Positions 35,528-45,203 of a stretch of DNA of 64,000 bases are shown here, piece by piece. Origin of the DNA: a virus. The stretch lies in IMG/VR virus record IMGVR_UViG_3300042868_005761, positions 32,001 to 96,000 of that record. One strand, given 5' to 3'. The position numbers and the translations under genes are program-made. The stretch's first letter is position 1. Each line of letters starts with the position of its first letter. The notes beneath the pieces were generated by a model. It saw only the letters and a list, made by a program, of their open reading frames with translations, was not told where the DNA came from and ran no database searches.

Positions 35528-37945
35528 ATGTCAATTACTATAGAAAACATACGATCTTTCTTTGACAAGGAAAGGTTGCCAGCTGTTAATAAAGACTATT
35601 TGGAGTTTGAGATTAAGTATCTTACTCCTGAAACTCTAGTATTTATAAACAATGCTTATGATTCACAGAAATCATTGTCTAATAAGTCTAATAGTGCAAT
35701 TCTATATTTGCTTAATTTGTCTGACAATTATAATTCCGATTCACGTATAACTTATAACGTAGACGGCGAAGGTCCAGACATTGACACTGACTTTTGTAAT
35801 GTCCGTGCTGATGATCTAATCAAAGCACTCCAAACTAAATATGGTCATGACCGTGTTCTTCGTGTCTCAACTTATAAGCCATGGTCTCTTAAGACCAGTG
35901 TTAAGGCTTTTACTAAGTTACTCAAGAACGCAGATGGATCATACAGAACTATTGCTGACGCAGAACGTCTTGCTGATAGTTTGCCTGAGAGTCACCGTGG
36001 TAAATACGTAACTTACAAAGAGCTTATCGAAGATAATAGTGAGCACATTAAGAAGATTGTAGAAGCTAATCAAGATATCTTTAGTCTTTGCGGACCAGTA
36101 GATGGCCAAGCTAAGGAAGTTAGCGTTCATGCTAGCGCAGTTCTAATTGGTACAAGTCCAGTAGACCAGATGATTCCAATTCGCAAAAGCAAGACTGAAG
36201 GCGCAGACTGGTTTAATCTTACGCAGTGGGAAGGTCCAACTCTAGAAAAGATGAACTTTATTAAGTTCGATATCCTTAGAATTGACTGTCTTACTATTAA
36301 TGATCTTACCTGTAAGCGTATTGGCAAGTCCCTTAAATGGCTAGAGGAAGAAGTTCCTACTGATGATCCAGCCGTGTTTGAGTTAATCAATAAGGGATTT
36401 ACAGCTGGACTATTCCAGATGGAAGAGACCTATCTCCTAAAGCTTGTAGCTGATCTTAAGCCACAGAGCGTTCAGGATCTTGCAGTTTTCTCAGCTCTTA
36501 ATCGTCCTGGTCCTCGTGACTCTGGTCTTCTCCAAGACTATATTGATTACAAGACAACTAAAGAGACTCAGAATAAATTACATCCCTTGCTTGATGGTAT
36601 ACTTGCTGAGACCGGAGGTGTTCTTATTTACCAAGAACAAATTATGGCAGCATGTCAAATTCTTGCAGGTGTAACCTTACAAGAAGCTGATAAGATTAGA
36701 AAAGCAATGGGCAAGAAGGACGCTATTCTAATGGAGGAGTATCGCACACTTTTTGTGGATGGCTGTGGACGTCTTCATCAGATTAATACTAGCGAAGCAA
36801 CTCGTATATGGAATATCATTGCAGCATTTGCTGAGTATGGATTTAATAAAAGTCATGCTCTTGCTTATGCTTTCATTACATATTTCAATGCATATCTTAA
36901 AACTTACTACCCTACAGACTTTATGCTTACGCTAATGACTGTTAGGAGTGGTAAGCCAGAGAAACTGGTTCGTTATATCAACGAGTATCGGCAGATGGGA
37001 TACAATATTCTTCCACCTAGCATTAACAATAGTGATATTGGTTTTACTAAGTTGGATGATAACACTATCCTATTTGGCCTTGGCATGATCAATGGCATTG
37101 GTAACAAAGCTAGCGATCTTATACTCAAGGCTCGTGGCCGGAAGTCCTTTACAAGCATGGCTGATTTCTTTACTAGAATTAATCGAACAAAGATTAATGC
37201 TGGCGTTGTTAGCATACTTGCAAAGGTTGGTGCCTTTGATAGCTTTGGATATGACAGAGTTAAGCTTGTAGAGAAACTTTCTGATATCTTTGATTACTAT
37301 ACAAAGGTTGAAAACTATCAAACAAGAATAGTTCAAGCTTTTGAACGTAACAAAGAGCTAGATGCTTATCCTGCATTGCTCGATGACTGGACTACCAAAG
37401 TAAAAGCTGGTGTCATTACAGTACAACTAGATTCTGACAGTAAGAAGGTTTACTCTGAACTAAGACCTAAGAAGCCATTGGTACTCAAAGTTCCAGAACA
37501 GCCTGTCTTTCCTGACCTAGAGTCTATCAAGAAAAGTCTGGGATACAAAGTCCCACTTCAAATTGTCAAATGGGAATCTGAATATTGTAAGTTCTTTATT
37601 AGCCGCCATCCTCTGTCCTATATCACTAAGACGCCTCCTGGCATTTTAATTAGTCAAATAGAGGATATAGATGAAACAAATAGTAACGAAGGCAATCTGC
37701 TCGTTGCGGTATCTCATATTAAAGAACAGCAAATTAAAAGTGGTAAATCGAAAGGAAAATTAATGGCAACATTGACAATCGAAGATTTATCTTCTATATC
37801 AGAAGTCACATTGTTCTCAGATCAATATGAAGAATTGAAAGACAAACTTGACTATTGTTCCCTATTATTTTTCCCCTACAAAGCAACTAAGAAAGATGAC
37901 TTCTTACGGATTCGCCCAGTAGGAAAAATTACTTTAATAAAGTAA
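35528..37945 (+). CDS. dnaE: DNA polymerase III alpha, C-terminal fragment (catalytic Asps, fingers, HhH, OB)
   Basis: GPDIDTDF, SVHASAV, KFDIL, GLFQME, ALNRPGP, LIYQEQIM, YGFNKSHA, PPSINNS, GAFDSF, TIEDLS; GGAG RBS before ATG 35528. Confidence 0.92.
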   Translation: MSITIENIRSFFDKERLPAVNKDYLEFEIKYLTPETLVFINNAYDSQKSLSNKSNSAILYLLNLSDNYNSDSRITYNVDGEGPDIDTDFCNVRADDLIKALQTKYGHDRVLRVSTYKPWSLKTSVKAFTKLLKNADGSYRTIADAERLADSLPESHRGKYVTYKELIEDNSEHIKKIVEANQDIFSLCGPVDGQAKEVSVHASAVLIGTSPVDQMIPIRKSKTEGADWFNLTQWEGPTLEKMNFIKFDILRIDCLTINDLTCKRIGKSLKWLEEEVPTDDPAVFELINKGFTAGLFQMEETYLLKLVADLKPQSVQDLAVFSALNRPGPRDSGLLQDYIDYKTTKETQNKLHPLLDGILAETGGVLIYQEQIMAACQILAGVTLQEADKIRKAMGKKDAILMEEYRTLFVDGCGRLHQINTSEATRIWNIIAAFAEYGFNKSHALAYAFITYFNAYLKTYYPTDFMLTLMTVRSGKPEKLVRYINEYRQMGYNILPPSINNSDIGFTKLDDNTILFGLGMINGIGNKASDLILKARGRKSFTSMADFFTRINRTKINAGVVSILAKVGAFDSFGYDRVKLVEKLSDIFDYYTKVENYQTRIVQAFERNKELDAYPALLDDWTTKVKAGVITVQLDSDSKKVYSELRPKKPLVLKVPEQPVFPDLESIKKSLGYKVPLQIVKWESEYCKFFISRHPLSYITKTPPGILISQIEDIDETNSNEGNLLVAVSHIKEQQIKSGKSKGKLMATLTIEDLSSISEVTLFSDQYEELKDKLDYCSLLFFPYKATKKDDFLRIRPVGKITLIK

Positions 37946-37952
37946 GGTTTCC

Positions 37953-39113
37953 ATGAATACAGTTATTTGGCAGAAAGAGGATCTTGATACTTGGATCCCA
38001 GGTACTTTACTTTGTATTAAGTACAATATATCTCGACATACGCTAGAGCGCCTTGCCAAGAGGGGAGCCATAGAAGTACAGAAGGGTGAAAATCCTAAAG
38101 CTACTTCTACCTTGAATAAGATTATTAATTACTATAAGATCCCAAGTAGTAAGAACATCAAGACTAAGAAGATTGGCCCTACTAAGCCAACTGTTATCCA
38201 AGCTCTAGCAAGCGCAGAAGACCCCAAGGATGTCACAAAGGATGTTGAGAAGGCAGGTAGTATACAAGCTTATCTCGATGCCGTTAAGGACGCGAAGGAC
38301 AAGGTCTTCTTAACAAAGAAGGCTAGCACTGCAGAAGCAGCAATTAAGATTCTTAGTTTAAGTGATATTCACTTTCCATTCCAGAACCAAGAAATAATTG
38401 ATGAAGTTATTGAGTTACATAAGGATGCAGACATTCTTGTACTTAATGGCGACTTACTAGATGGTTACGCCGCTAGTAGCTTTGCCAAGGATAAGAATAT
38501 TCCTATGCATCTAGAGTATACAATGGCTTTAGAGTTTGTTCGTAAAGTTTCTGGAATCTTTCCTCAAGTTTATATCGTACGTGGCAACCACGAGCATAGA
38601 CTTGAAAAATACTTTGCTAATAAGATTGATCCGACCATGCAGATGTTTGCATGCAAGGACACTCTGTATTACCTAGCAAAGGGTTATATCCTAGATGAGG
38701 ATGGTGCTCATATTGGCACTGTAGAACTACCAAACGTTATATACAATCCACAGGGTAATCCTTGGATCCTTCAACTAAACAAGACCGTATTTTTACACCC
38801 AAGCACTTATCTTAGCGCTCCTCTCGGCACTGTAGTTAAAGCTTGCGATTATTTGCAAAACTTCCTAGAATGGGATAGTTATGATTGCGTTGTTATGGGA
38901 CATACACATAAGCTGGGTAAGCTTGTCTACAAGGGTAAACTTGTAATGGAACAAGGTTGCTTAGTTAAGTTGATGGACTATCAGCGCAGTGCTAAGTTCA
39001 CAAAGGAAGCAGTTACATTAGGATATGCAGTCGTTTACCAAGACCAAGATGGCAATACATTATTTAACGAGACTGACGTTAAGTATTGCGGAACATTAAA
39101 CTATTTAAAGTAA
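37953..39113 (+). CDS. Calcineurin-like metallophosphoesterase with N-terminal extension
   Basis: LSDIH, NGDLLD, GNHE, GHTH. Confidence 0.85.
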   Translation: MNTVIWQKEDLDTWIPGTLLCIKYNISRHTLERLAKRGAIEVQKGENPKATSTLNKIINYYKIPSSKNIKTKKIGPTKPTVIQALASAEDPKDVTKDVEKAGSIQAYLDAVKDAKDKVFLTKKASTAEAAIKILSLSDIHFPFQNQEIIDEVIELHKDADILVLNGDLLDGYAASSFAKDKNIPMHLEYTMALEFVRKVSGIFPQVYIVRGNHEHRLEKYFANKIDPTMQMFACKDTLYYLAKGYILDEDGAHIGTVELPNVIYNPQGNPWILQLNKTVFLHPSTYLSAPLGTVVKACDYLQNFLEWDSYDCVVMGHTHKLGKLVYKGKLVMEQGCLVKLMDYQRSAKFTKEAVTLGYAVVYQDQDGNTLFNETDVKYCGTLNYLK

Positions 39114-39123
39114 GAGGTACAAG

Positions 39124-39498
39124 ATGATTGAACAAGATAACCTACAAGACAATACCGCAGAGCCCGAGTACAGCGAAGACTTTCTTAAGGGTTCACCTAC
39201 CCGTGAAGAAGTCAATCAATACATGAATAATGTATATATGGCTGTTAACAATAGCGTTGGCCTCTATCAGGGATACATGGTTTCAGCACTAGTTGATACT
39301 CTGGTTGACACTCTTGCTGCTAATGGTATAGCCATTGAGAAGGACAAGTTTATGGCAGAATTCCTTAGACGGAATGGCGAGTTTGCAAAGATTGCAAATG
39401 AAAAGATGAGAGAGATGTCAGACGAAGATCTAGCGTCCCCAGACGCTCAGCCTATGCCTGCTCCTTCTGTTCCTGCACCTGAGATTAAGCTGATTTAA
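39124..39498 (+). CDS. Hypothetical protein
   Basis: GAGG RBS. Confidence 0.65.
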   Translation: MIEQDNLQDNTAEPEYSEDFLKGSPTREEVNQYMNNVYMAVNNSVGLYQGYMVSALVDTLVDTLAANGIAIEKDKFMAEFLRRNGEFAKIANEKMREMSDEDLASPDAQPMPAPSVPAPEIKLI

Positions 39499-39502
39499 TC
39501 TG

Positions 39503-39536
39503 TTGACATTGTTTTAAAATAGTCTATTATTATAAT
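39503..39536 (+). promoter_or_regulatory. Sigma70-like promoter upstream of tRNA-Asn
   Basis: TTGACA(39503)-16 nt-TATTAT(39525), plus TATAAT at 39531. Confidence 0.65.
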
Positions 39537-39540
39537 CAAT

Positions 39541-39613
39541 TCTGGCTTAGCTCAGTAGGTAGAGCAAGGGACTGTTAATCCCTGGGTCACAGGTTCGAAT
39601 CCTGTAGCCAGAG
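39541..39613 (+). tRNA. tRNA-Asn(GTT)
   Basis: Acceptor TCTGGCT/AGCCAGA; anticodon arm AGGGA-CT-GTT-AA-TCCCT; G73 discriminator. Confidence 0.93.
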
Positions 39614-39640
39614 CTGATTATCTATATTTTAAGGAAAACA

Positions 39641-40822
39641 ATGGCGAAGAAACCAAAGAAAGATACAAAGGTTTCATTCCCAAGCTTAGAACATAAATTT
39701 TCCTTTTGGGGCACACTAGATCGAAGTATTGCTAATCAACCTAGCAGAATTCGTCCAGATATTAATCTGTATCCCAGTGAGGCAAGCGCTAAAATTAAAA
39801 ACGAGCACAACGAAGATATAATTATCGGCGGTTGTGTTCGCAAGTCATGGTTCAGAGCTATGATTCAGCGCATGGAAGCTACCAGCATCAAGCCTAATCT
39901 TGATCATGTGCTAGCTGCTGAACCTTTTACCCCGAAGGAACTTTGGAAGTTTTCATTAAGTAAGTACGCAGAAATAGCAATTACTGATGAAAGCAAAAGA
40001 GCTTGTGTATATGAAACAAATAGTCTTAGATTTAAATGGGAACTTCCATTCCCGTATAAATTATTGAAACCAGTAATTAGTGGTGAATTAGATCTTGCAG
40101 TTACAATACCTGACAAAGAAGACTATGAACTCCCAACCTTTGATCGAGACGGCAATCCTTCAATAACTTCTAGTGATATTAAGACTAATAACATTGTTGG
40201 CATTGAGATTAAAAGTATCTCAGGATACAAAGGACCTCGACAAGTATTTGGAGTAAAGAGCAAGAAAGGCCACTGGATTAGTTTACCTGAGCCAAAGCCT
40301 GAGCATTTACTTCAGTCAATCCTTTACCATATGTATTTCTGTATTCTTAAAAAGGAATATAGATACTGGAAGCTTGCATATATCAACCGTGAAAACGGTG
40401 AGCGAAAAGAATTTGATATTGATCTTATAAAAGAGAAAGTCGCAAATGGTAAGTTCTTACATAGAGTTTACGTAGACAGAGAGCCATACAAGCATGTCTT
40501 GTATGCCGAACATATACTTCAACGCTATCAGGAACTTCATACTCACTTAGAGAATGAAACACTTCCAAACAGAGACTTCGAACTTTTCTATGATCAAACT
40601 AAAATAGCGATCTTAGCTAGCAGAAAAGAATTATCTAAGATGGACACAGAGCTTTTTGACAAAGGCAAGAAAGTCAAGAAAGGTGATTGGAATTGCAGCT
40701 ATTGTCCATTCAAGAATATATGCTATGAAGCCAATGGTACTCCTAGAGATTTAACGAAATTGGATGTTACTGACATAGAAAGAATTAGCACAATGGAGGG
40801 TTCCGATGAAGAAGACGAATAG
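39641..40822 (+). CDS. Cas4/AddB-like PD-(D/E)XK exonuclease with Fe-S cysteines
   Basis: YPSE...GCVRK, SGELD, EIKS, QSILY, CSYCPFKNIC. Confidence 0.8.
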   Translation: MAKKPKKDTKVSFPSLEHKFSFWGTLDRSIANQPSRIRPDINLYPSEASAKIKNEHNEDIIIGGCVRKSWFRAMIQRMEATSIKPNLDHVLAAEPFTPKELWKFSLSKYAEIAITDESKRACVYETNSLRFKWELPFPYKLLKPVISGELDLAVTIPDKEDYELPTFDRDGNPSITSSDIKTNNIVGIEIKSISGYKGPRQVFGVKSKKGHWISLPEPKPEHLLQSILYHMYFCILKKEYRYWKLAYINRENGERKEFDIDLIKEKVANGKFLHRVYVDREPYKHVLYAEHILQRYQELHTHLENETLPNRDFELFYDQTKIAILASRKELSKMDTELFDKGKKVKKGDWNCSYCPFKNICYEANGTPRDLTKLDVTDIERISTMEGSDEEDE

Positions 40823-41903
40823 CAACTCGGTAGTTAGTCTGAATACATTAGTTCCTAAGAAAACAAGGAACTATACACTCAGTCTTGAGCCTCGAATCTC
40901 TGACTCTTCTTCTGTAATCTATGGAATGGAAAAGGATAGTATTGCTTATCTTAGCGACTACATTAAAAACCATCCTAGAATGAAAGATGCCGAGATGCAT
41001 CGTCTTGCTTGTAAATACTTCTACTTGAAGCAGCAGTATACACATTTAAAAGACCGCTTAGGTGCTGTTGAACTTAAACTAGAATCACCCAATGACGCTA
41101 TAACAACTAGTCTTTTAGTTGCCGAGAAAGAAGAGTTATCTTATCTTCTAGAATTAATTCCATACAAGGAAGTTTTTCTAGAACTAGAAGAGACTCTAGT
41201 CGCACATAATCTTCGTTTGATAGTGAAAATTGCAAGTAGCTATGGCGGTAAAGGATTATCTGTCGATGACCTAATACAAGAAGGTGTCTTTGGGTTTATG
41301 TATGCAATAGATAGATATGACCCAAACAAAAACGTTAAACTCGGAACATATGCGACTTGGTGGATTAAGCAGAAGATTACTCGTGCTTTGTCTAATAAAG
41401 CTAGATTAATTCGCTTGCCAGTCCATCTAACAATTGATATAACTAAAGTCCTTGGAGCAATACGGAAACATAATATTCCTTACTCTAGTAAGAATATTGG
41501 TAAACTTTCTAACCTTACCAGGATGAAAGAGTCAAGTGTTTCTCATGCCTTTGGTTATATTTATAGCTATACACCATACAATCAGATTGCCTTATACAAT
41601 AATGATCAGGCATTTTCTGAAGATCCGATGACACTTATAGTGGACAAGGAAAAGAAAGATGAACAAATCGAAGATGTAAATTTGAACTTAGATCAAAAAA
41701 CTTTTTGTTCTAATTTCTCTTCGGTAATTGACAAATTGAATACTCTTGAACAAGAGTTCATCTATAGAAAATATGGTATTCAAGGCTACAATGAGCATAC
41801 TCCAATTGAAATAAGAGAATGGCTTAAGAGTGTTAATATTAAACAACCTATCTTTTTTAAGAAAACTGTTCTTATAAAGATAGCTACTGAAATACTAAAA
41901 TAG
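40806..41903 (+). CDS. RNA polymerase sigma-70-family factor
   Basis: HNLRLIVKIA, DLIQEG, TYATWWIKQKITRAL, RLIRLPVH; degenerate region 4. Confidence 0.88.
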   Translation: MKKTNSNSVVSLNTLVPKKTRNYTLSLEPRISDSSSVIYGMEKDSIAYLSDYIKNHPRMKDAEMHRLACKYFYLKQQYTHLKDRLGAVELKLESPNDAITTSLLVAEKEELSYLLELIPYKEVFLELEETLVAHNLRLIVKIASSYGGKGLSVDDLIQEGVFGFMYAIDRYDPNKNVKLGTYATWWIKQKITRALSNKARLIRLPVHLTIDITKVLGAIRKHNIPYSSKNIGKLSNLTRMKESSVSHAFGYIYSYTPYNQIALYNNDQAFSEDPMTLIVDKEKKDEQIEDVNLNLDQKTFCSNFSSVIDKLNTLEQEFIYRKYGIQGYNEHTPIEIREWLKSVNIKQPIFFKKTVLIKIATEILK

Positions 41904-41911
41904 AGGAATGT

Positions 41912-44461
41912 ATGATTACGAATCTGAGTGAGTTAGTAGAAACAATTGATAGAATCCCAGTCTCTCAGTACCTTGAGAAGATTGGTGTTGAGGTTACAAA
42001 GAATAAGAAAGTTGTCTGTGTCAATCCAGACCATGACGACCATAATCCTAGTATGCATGTTTACGATGACCGTGGATATGTAAAGTGTTTTAGTTGCGGC
42101 TTTTATGGTAGTTCTTTGAACGTCCACGCAATTAGAACTGGCCGGCAACTTGCTGGTGATGAGTTTGTTGATGTTGCTAAGGAAGTAGCAGATCTATTTG
42201 CTATTGACTATAACTTTGGCAAGCCAAGCCCAGAGGAAATCGAGCGTCAAAAGTATTTTCAAGTATATCATGAGGTCTCCTCATCTATTACCAAGATTAC
42301 TGATACTGCTCACCCAGATTTGTATAAGTACATTGCAGAGCGCTCATGGAATGCAGATAAGCTGCTTGAAATGGGCGTTGGCTATGTAGAGATTGGAGAT
42401 GGGCTTACTGTACTAGATAAGCTAAGAGAAGAGCGTCCTGACCAGGGATTCGGCATTTATGACACAAGTATGTTTGCCGATCCTCAGAACAAACTAGTAA
42501 CCACATTCTATGACGAGAAGGGCAGAACCGTTGGCTTTGCAGCTCGTAAGATTACTTGGCAAAAAGGCGACAAGGATAAGTGGGTAAACACTAGTGGCAT
42601 TGTTCCAATCTTTGATAAGAGCAACCTGCTTTATAATCATAAGATTGCCAAGCAAGCTATTAAGGCAGGAGCTGATACTCTGTATGTCTTTGAAGGTCAG
42701 AGTAGTGCAATTACTTGTTACCATAACGGCCTTAAAGCTGCTGTGGCAGCAGGTGGTTCTAGTCTAACTCCCGGTCAAGCTAGACTTCTTAAGAATCTTA
42801 ATCCTAGTAAGTATGTACTTTGCTTTGACCCTGATGATGCAGGTATTAAATGCACCATCAATGCCATTAGAGAACATGCTAGCACTCTAGGCGGCCATAA
42901 GCTTTATGTTAAAGATCTTCGTGTTAACGGCGATCTTGACCCAGATGAGTTTATCAGAGCTAATGACATTGAAGTATTCAAGACTGTTGAGAATGTTCCT
43001 GCTTTTGACTGGCTTTTCGGTGAGCTAACTAGAGAGAATGGATCCCGCGAGGTTATGCTTGATCTTATTAAGCTTATCTCTAGCTTCCATAGTCCTCTGG
43101 AGCGAGAAGATCTAGCTCGTAGTCTTAGTATGAAGACTGGTTACAGCTTCAATACTATTACTGAAGAGATTGATAATATTGTAAATGAGAAGGAACTTAC
43201 TCAGAAGCAGAAGGTAAAAGACCTTACTGATCAGGCTATGCTTGATATCCGTAAGAATCCTACCAGTGCTATCTCAGTTCTTGATGGTCTTAGAACCAGG
43301 ATTGAGAGCATTCAGGCTGATACTAATACCAGTGTTAGCAGCGGTGACTTCTATCTTCAAGAGATGCTTCGTTTTCAAGATGAGGCAGAAGCTTTCGAGG
43401 CTGTGTTCCCTGGCTTCCAAATGCCACTCATGCCCGGATTTGCCAGCGCATTTAACAATGACTGGTCAAGAGGTCGCATGATTTGTATTGGCGGCGAAGA
43501 GAATGCAGGTAAGAGTTCATTCAGTAGTTTTACATGTTACAACTTAGCACTACCAGAAGCTGACAACAATCTTCATGTTCTTTACATGACTATTGACGAT
43601 AGCGTTCCTGAGTTGTTTCCTAAGTTTGTAGCTATGGCTGGTCGTCATCGTACTCGTGGTTATCGCGGATATGAGGATGGCTTTCCTTTAGAGATCAACC
43701 ATATCGTTCGTCCTAAGTATTGGGGCAAGATCCTTAGGGATATTGATCCCCAGCTAGAGCAAGATATGCTTTATGCTTACAAGGTTGGCTATCAAGAGAT
43801 TATGAAGATGGCCCGCGAAGAACGTCTAGTGCTTTTCGGCATTCCACATGCCCAGAACCTAGAAGACTTTGAGCGTGCTATTGCTAGCTTCCGCAAGAAG
43901 TATCCTAGCGATAACATCTTTGCTTACTTGGATAATATCCATAAGCTTCCACTTGGTAACGCTGATGCACGTCTTGCATTCAAGGATATCTCTAATCGCG
44001 TTAAGATGGCTTCAGTCCGTCACAACATTGCTATTGGCGGTACCCTAGAATACAACAGCGACTCGAATAAGAGGCAGAAGGATCAGCGCCCGACTAACTC
44101 TAGCCTAGCAGAGTCTCGTGCCTTTAGATACGACGCTAGCGCCATTGTACACGTTTATAATCATAAGCATGTATTTGGTGATAAGAGTAACTGGTACCAT
44201 GAGACTAAGAGCGTTAGCCGTCCTGGTGTAGTCCAGAAGTTCCCAGTCATCGAAGCAATCATTGGCAAGAACAAGATCTCAGGTGACAAAGACACTCACT
44301 GTTTCCTATTTCATCCTACGAGTTCTTGGTTCGAAGAAGTTGACACCTATGAGATTGCTCAGGTTGTCAATGCCAGAGACCAGGCTGATGATAAGAACAA
44401 CAAAGACTATGCCAAGAAAGAAGATGTTGACGTCTGGGCTTTAGAGGATGACGATGCCTAG
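41912..44461 (+). CDS. Fused DNA primase-helicase (CHC2 zinc finger, TOPRIM, DnaB-like)
   Basis: CVNPDH...CFSC, GFAAR, FEG, FDPDDAG, DPDE; GGEENAGKS, LDNIH, KNK. Confidence 0.9.
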   Translation: MITNLSELVETIDRIPVSQYLEKIGVEVTKNKKVVCVNPDHDDHNPSMHVYDDRGYVKCFSCGFYGSSLNVHAIRTGRQLAGDEFVDVAKEVADLFAIDYNFGKPSPEEIERQKYFQVYHEVSSSITKITDTAHPDLYKYIAERSWNADKLLEMGVGYVEIGDGLTVLDKLREERPDQGFGIYDTSMFADPQNKLVTTFYDEKGRTVGFAARKITWQKGDKDKWVNTSGIVPIFDKSNLLYNHKIAKQAIKAGADTLYVFEGQSSAITCYHNGLKAAVAAGGSSLTPGQARLLKNLNPSKYVLCFDPDDAGIKCTINAIREHASTLGGHKLYVKDLRVNGDLDPDEFIRANDIEVFKTVENVPAFDWLFGELTRENGSREVMLDLIKLISSFHSPLEREDLARSLSMKTGYSFNTITEEIDNIVNEKELTQKQKVKDLTDQAMLDIRKNPTSAISVLDGLRTRIESIQADTNTSVSSGDFYLQEMLRFQDEAEAFEAVFPGFQMPLMPGFASAFNNDWSRGRMICIGGEENAGKSSFSSFTCYNLALPEADNNLHVLYMTIDDSVPELFPKFVAMAGRHRTRGYRGYEDGFPLEINHIVRPKYWGKILRDIDPQLEQDMLYAYKVGYQEIMKMAREERLVLFGIPHAQNLEDFERAIASFRKKYPSDNIFAYLDNIHKLPLGNADARLAFKDISNRVKMASVRHNIAIGGTLEYNSDSNKRQKDQRPTNSSLAESRAFRYDASAIVHVYNHKHVFGDKSNWYHETKSVSRPGVVQKFPVIEAIIGKNKISGDKDTHCFLFHPTSSWFEEVDTYEIAQVVNARDQADDKNNKDYAKKEDVDVWALEDDDA

Positions 44462-45203
44462 AATCTCTGCACCCATTGATGATCTAGTTGATACAGGTAA
44501 AAAACTTCGTGCTCTTAACGTGAATCAATTAGTTAGCTTTATGAGGTGCGGAGAGTATTTTAGGAATGAGATACTCGATCGTGTTGTTGCTTGGGATTTC
44601 TCTAAGGATCCATATAGTTTACTACTACACCATTTAATGGTATATGTTTTAAATTATTATGGAAAGAAAGGAGATTTCCCAAGTGACACCGACATAGTCC
44701 TAAGATTTTCGATAGCTCAAAATCTTTTGAAGAAAGCAGGGAATAGTTTTATTTTTCATAATAAAAATAATGATATTCTTTTCTCTATATTCAAATGGAG
44801 ATCTTACTTAAAAGAACTTTCAATTACTGATGTCAATCATATTGAGTTCTATGAAAGCTCAGGGGTAACAGTTAATTTTGCTATTCCTTTAATTACTGAA
44901 AAAGCTATCTATTTATTTAGTTTTTTCCCTAAAAAGGAATTCATTAAAACACCTTACTTCCACTTACCATTGCTAAAGCATTGGAATAAGAAAATATATA
45001 TTGTATATTTGAGTGGATCTAATTATAATATAGAGAATTTCACAGATAAAGATATTGATCTGAGGAAATTAAATAGCGTATACGCGAGTACACTTTTTGC
45101 TTACAAGAAAAATGTTTACTTGCCAATTTTTAATTGTAAATTACAAACATGTCCATTGTATACAAAATGCAATAGCATGTATTCAGATAGCAAGGAGAGC
45201 TAA
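44448..45203 (+). CDS. Hypothetical protein, possibly a degenerate Cas4-like Fe-S protein
   Basis: N-terminal SFMRC and C-terminal CKLQTCPLYTKC; no D..ExK motif seen. Confidence 0.5.
   Translation: MTMPRISAPIDDLVDTGKKLRALNVNQLVSFMRCGEYFRNEILDRVVAWDFSKDPYSLLLHHLMVYVLNYYGKKGDFPSDTDIVLRFSIAQNLLKKAGNSFIFHNKNNDILFSIFKWRSYLKELSITDVNHIEFYESSGVTVNFAIPLITEKAIYLFSFFPKKEFIKTPYFHLPLLKHWNKKIYIVYLSGSNYNIENFTDKDIDLRKLNSVYASTLFAYKKNVYLPIFNCKLQTCPLYTKCNSMYSDSKES

Noticed and set aside
35193-35773. Split intein, self-splicing intron or T4 gene 60-style ribosomal bypass in dnaE
   Set aside because: No intein terminal residues and no group I/II core motifs like those at 6161-6848. The candidate take-off codons are not followed by a stop, and the gap is over 550 nt. 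The downstream ORFs have their own RBS and start codons
39641-40822. CRISPR-Cas locus suggested by the Cas4-like gene
   Set aside because: No repeat-spacer array or other cas genes seen in the window; solo Cas4-like nucleases are common in phage replication modules
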